A stretch of 64,000 nucleotides of DNA from the human T2T-CHM13v2.0 reference genome, Homo sapiens. Below the pieces are notes generated by a model, which searched no databases, was not told the DNA's origin, and saw nothing but the letters and a program-made list of their open reading frames with translations. Of this stretch, positions 40,596-64,000 are shown one piece after another. A program made the translations under genes and the position numbers. The stretch is from NCBI RefSeq assembly GCF_009914755.1, contig NC_060936.1. One strand, given 5' to 3'. Within the stretch, counting starts at the first letter, position 1; each line of letters starts with the position of its first letter.

Positions 40596-41250
40596 TTGGG
40601 ATTACAGGCTTGAGCCACCGTGCCTGGCCCTCCACTTTATACTTCAAACAGCAATGTATAGGTGTTCCAGCTGCCACACATCCTTGTCAGCACTTGTTAT
40701 TGTCAGTCCTTTTAATTTTAGCCATTCTAATAGGTGTGGTTTTGTAGCATGTACATTTTCAGTGCAGAGTAAGACTTCTTTAAAACATTTCTTCTTCTCT
40801 CACAATAGTATGCAGAGAGGAAGTGGTATGCCCAGGTCTCAAATTATCTGACAACTTTTGTCTCAAGACACAGCCTATTGCTGGGATTCTGCCTGATAAA
40901 GGGGAGATATGGAGCTGACTAGGCAAGAATTGTCTTCCCTTAGAAGGTGTGGAAGGAAAGAGCATAAATAATCACACCTAGACGATAAAAAAAAATTAGC
41001 CAATCTAATCCTCATATTAACCCTGAGATTATAAAGATCCTTCACCAAATTGTAGTCATGAGGAAACAGGCTCAGAGGGAAAATGAGTTGCCCAAGGTCA
41101 CGCGGCCAAATCCAACATTTGAATACAGGCCCTCTGGTTCTAAAACTTGTGCTCACTTCTTAGAAGATCCCCACCAGGCTCTAGAGGTAACCAGGGCAGG
41201 TATGCAGGTTGTCTGAAATGTGTCAGCTGAGGAATGGGTAGAGGAATTAG

Positions 41251-46159
<4,909 letters not shown>

Positions 46160-46351
46160 TAAGAGCTACATTTTTTATCGCAGTCTCAGCCTTTTCATTT
46201 CCCCATATCCCACTCATTCCTATAAGGGCCAAATGCAATAAAACAGATGTGTATGTGCACTCACGCTGTGGAGTGAAGATGCAAATGACTGTGATGATCC
46301 AAACCCTGGCAGGAAGGTGGCAGCCCCGTAGGGCATGGGGATCAGAGGTAA

Positions 46352-46495
46352 CTCCACTGTGTGTGCCTTCCGCTGTGTGTGCCCTCCACTGTGTGTGCCC
46401 TCCGCTGTGTGTGCCCTCCACTGTGTGTGCCCTCCACTGTGTCTGTCCTCCGCTGTGTGTGCCCTCCACTGTGTGTGCCCTCTGCTCCGCTGTGT
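46352..46495. repeat. 16-bp minisatellite, ~9 copies of CTCC[A/G]CTGTGTGTGCC
   Basis: Directly visible tandem array. Confidence 0.92.
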
Positions 46496-47080
46496 CCACA
46501 GTGACAGCATAGATTATCCCAGGGCTCAATCAGTTGTTCCAGCTAACTTCCTGCTAAACAGAGCTGGTCACCAGGAGCCAGGCTGACACCTTTGAACCCC
46601 TTCTTCCCCTCTGCCTCCTTTCTCAGAAAATATAAAGTGCAAAATGGTCCAGAGGTGGACAGTGTGGGGAGGGAGGGGACATTGAGTCTTGATGACCTGC
46701 AAATTTACACCAGTTTCTGCATAATCCTATATGGGCTTTATCTGATCTTAGAGGCACCCATCCCTTTGCAATAAAAGATTGCATCTGTTTTTATTTCCCC
46801 TTTCTGTTGGAAGCTGATAAGCCAAGAATGTACTCTCCCCACCTGCTCTCAGCTTTGATTCCCATTAACACAGGGGCATTCCCAGGAAAGGGTTGGGCTC
46901 CCCAAGGTGTTTGCTGGAGAACCTGCTGTCACTCTGCAGAGATGTACAAGTATTTACTGAAAGAAGAACTTCTCCAGGAATATTGTGTAAGCAGATTACA
47001 CCGGATCTCCCTGCCCTTGGACAAATATATATGGTGAAGCTCAAAGAGGGGAATCCAATGCACAGAAACCTCCATGCTTA

Positions 47081-48932
<1,852 letters not shown>

Positions 48933-48939
48933 GGATGTA

Positions 48940-49935
<996 letters not shown>

Positions 49936-49975
49936 TAGGTTCTGTCATCTGCCTCTTAGAGAATACCCTCATTTC

Positions 49976-50339
<364 letters not shown>

Positions 50340-50986
50340 TCAAATTATCCCTGATTCAGACTTCAGGTAAGGTGGCATTCAAATGCAGTCGTGACTCAGG
50401 GCTTACTATTTCTATTCTTCTAAAAAGACTATGGGATTCTCATGTAGGTGGAAATGCTTGAGTGGGCGCCTCTGGCCTTTGGTCTACACGCACTAGCCTG
50501 ATACACGTCTCCTCCACCAGGCTGTAAACCTCGTGAAGTATCGGTTTTATTCCTGACTAGAACAAGGCTTAGCACCTAGTGGGTGCTCATTAAACACATG
50601 AAGCATGAATCAGTGAGGGATTTCACATCTCGTCATCTCTGAAAAGCCTGTTAGCTCACTTCTAGGACCAGGAAACTGGCATTATCAAGAGTGTTATTCC
50701 AGCTTTGGTTGGTTCTGAAAATAATAATAATGTATCAGTCCAGTATTAGGTTTAGCTGTATAGAACAGAAAACCCAAAGTGAAATGGCATAAACATGTAA
50801 GAGTTGATTCCTTCCAGAAGCAGGCAGTCTAGGACTGGTGTGGGCCTCCCCTGAAGGCTGGCAAGACCACTATTTCTGTGCCAACCTTTGGCGCAGGGGT
50901 CTTTATTCAGATTGGCTACTCCATACCCAGGATCCAGCCTCCCCAAGTTTTGCCTAGGTCACCAATCCTCAGGATCCCCCAAATCA

Positions 50987-51118
<132 letters not shown>

Positions 51119-51150
51119 TCACCTGAGGTCAGGAGTTGGAGAACAGCTTA

Positions 51151-51480
<330 letters not shown>

Positions 51481-51980
51481 TCAGCAGGGAGGAAGGGGGC
51501 GTGGTCTCTGGTTCTCCAAGGCATTGGCTGGAACAACAGGAGTTTCCATGCCAGGCTGTAGCTGGTTTTCTCTCAACATATTTAAAATTAAACGTGTTTC
51601 AAACCATAAAGTTCAATTTCCTTCTGAAAACATTCTCCTCTATCTTCTGAATAGGAAACTGATATTCCTGTGAGTTACAGCACTTTGATTTAATGTTATG
51701 AATCCTGATCTTATTATGCTAAGAGGACACTGCTCCCTCCCTGCTCAGAGTCATATGACAAAGACTTCGCATGTCAGTACCCGCAGTGAAGGGGGCCAGG
51801 CCCAACTGGCTCCTGTACATGCGTGCGTGCGTGTGTGTGTGTGTCCCTGGCTACAGAAGGGGCAGAGGGCAATCTTGGGGGCAGAGGGCAATCTTGTTTG
51901 ACCGGGCCACATTTATTAAGTACTTAGGACTGTGTCTAGCACATAATAAGTGCTCAATAAACGGAGATGCCATGATCATT

Positions 51981-52380
51981 TGTAGCTAGTTACATACCCA
52001 ATATCCATTCTTCCTATTTTTTTCCTTAATAACAGATTCAGATCGTGCTGCCTGGAATGAAGACATTTCCCAGTCTCTCTTGCATTTTGGTGTGGCCCCG
52101 TGACTACACTATGTTCCATGGACTGTAGTAGGTAAAAGTGTATGAGGCTTCCAGGAGCCTCAGCCTTGAGGTTCACTGCTTTTGTCCTCTATTCTACCTG
52201 GTATTTGGATATAATGGCTAGAGTCCAGCAGCCATCTTGGACCATGAGGTAACCCTGAGTACAGAAGCCACCCACTGAAGATGGTAGGGCAGGAAGGTCA
52301 AAGCTCTGGTGACACTGTGGAGCCCCCACACTAGTCCTGGACTGCCAGCTTCTGGAAAGAATCAACTCCTACATGTTTAT
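51981..52380 (+). mobile_element. LTR16-like ERVL LTR
   Basis: ACATTTCCCAGTCTCTCTTGCA..GTGGCCCCGTGACT..CAGCAGCCATCTTGGACCATGAGGTAACC..GAAGATGG..CCTGGACTGC. Confidence 0.65.
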
Positions 52381-52523
52381 GACATTTCACTTTGCAGTGG
52401 CATCCTTGATAATGTCAGGAGTTTCCTGGTCCTGGAAGTGATCAAACAGGCTTTTTAGAGATGATGAGACATGAAATCACTCGCTGATTCATTCTTCATA
52501 TGTTTAATGAACACTCACTGCTA

Positions 52524-53293
<770 letters not shown>

Positions 53294-53533
53294 GATAGGG
53301 AAGGGATGACAATGAGGTGCTGATGGGAGGAAGAGCTAGGAGAGGGGTTCAGGCAGGAGGAACAGCATGGGCGAAGGTCCCAGGCAGGAAGGGGCTGTGG
53401 GTATGGGAGGAGCTGTAGGCGACTTGCTGTGCACTGCAGGTGGACAGTGGAAAAAGGTGATCATGGATTGGACAGGGTGGCCCAGCCCCTTGTAGGCCAA
53501 GGTGAAGCAGCTGAATTAAGCTAAATTAATTGA

Positions 53534-62681
<9,148 letters not shown>

Positions 62682-63145
62682 TGACTACAGCTCTTATTTG
62701 CAGTGACTCTCAAGAATGCAAATGCAAATGCCATTCCTGACCTCGAGTTAATTCAGCTTTGTCCCCTGAGCATGGGGGAAAGGCAGGCTGGGGGCTGGAA
62801 CTTTCTGCTTGTGTACCTATCTCTTTAGACTCTGGAGGCTCCTCCCCAATCTCTGTCATTCCCTCTCCAACCAAATCCACCTGCCGTCCCAGACTCAAAT
62901 GCTCAGCCACCTAACTGCCTGAGGACCCAGCAGTTAATGAGTTTACATGCTGGGGGCAGGAGTCAGGGCCAACCCTCCTTGGTTCCTCTGGCTCCCTGGA
63001 AAGGGAAAGTCACCAAGAGGCAGCTGCAGGCAGCAAAGAGAATAAGCAGGAGAACCTCAAAGCCACAAAGGGACAGCACACAGCATCTTCCCTGTTTAGC
63101 CTGGACTTGAGAATGCTGTCCCCAGCAGTAAGCTGCTCAACCTCA

Positions 63146-64000
<855 letters not shown>

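Noticed and set aside
39896-40851. Several 160-204-aa GC-rich ORFs and an apparent CpG island
   Set aside because: All lie in LTR12C U3. Long open frames are expected from its high GC content, and it is not a gene-associated island.

Overview
Human (primate) non-coding genomic DNA, extremely Alu-dense (by eye about 100 Alu copies or fragments, roughly half the window), with no intact protein-coding gene. The first ~8 kb is a fragmented ancient L1 (5'UTR, ORF1 and start of ORF2, minus strand). Two processed pseudogenes, CLIC1 (3495-4220) and RPL12 (5750-6399), and many Alus inserted into it. A 2.56-kb AT-rich minisatellite (15931-18493) sits inside the target-site duplication (TSD) of one Alu, so it is an expanded Alu tail; it contains several perfect 25-38-bp-arm palindromes and a (TA)23 run. 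Also present: a solo LTR12C with intact promoter motifs inserted into an Alu, THE1/MLT1/MST/MER21/LTR16 LTRs, MER5/MER103 DNA elements, MIR/L2/L1M fragments, a 4x AP-1 cluster, a strong CTCF motif and a 16-bp VNTR. From memory, not a database search, the CLIC1P1/RPL12P33 pair and matches to HNF1A-AS1 primers place this window at 12q24.31 upstream of HNF1A, with the right end underlying HNF1A-AS1 (HASTER). Nearly all ORFs in the supplied track are Alu/LTR artefacts. I cannot support a wholly new biological system. The best leads are the Alu-tail-derived palindromic AT array, the apparently chimeric CLIC1 retrocopy with a newly gained ATG, and the LTR12C promoter.
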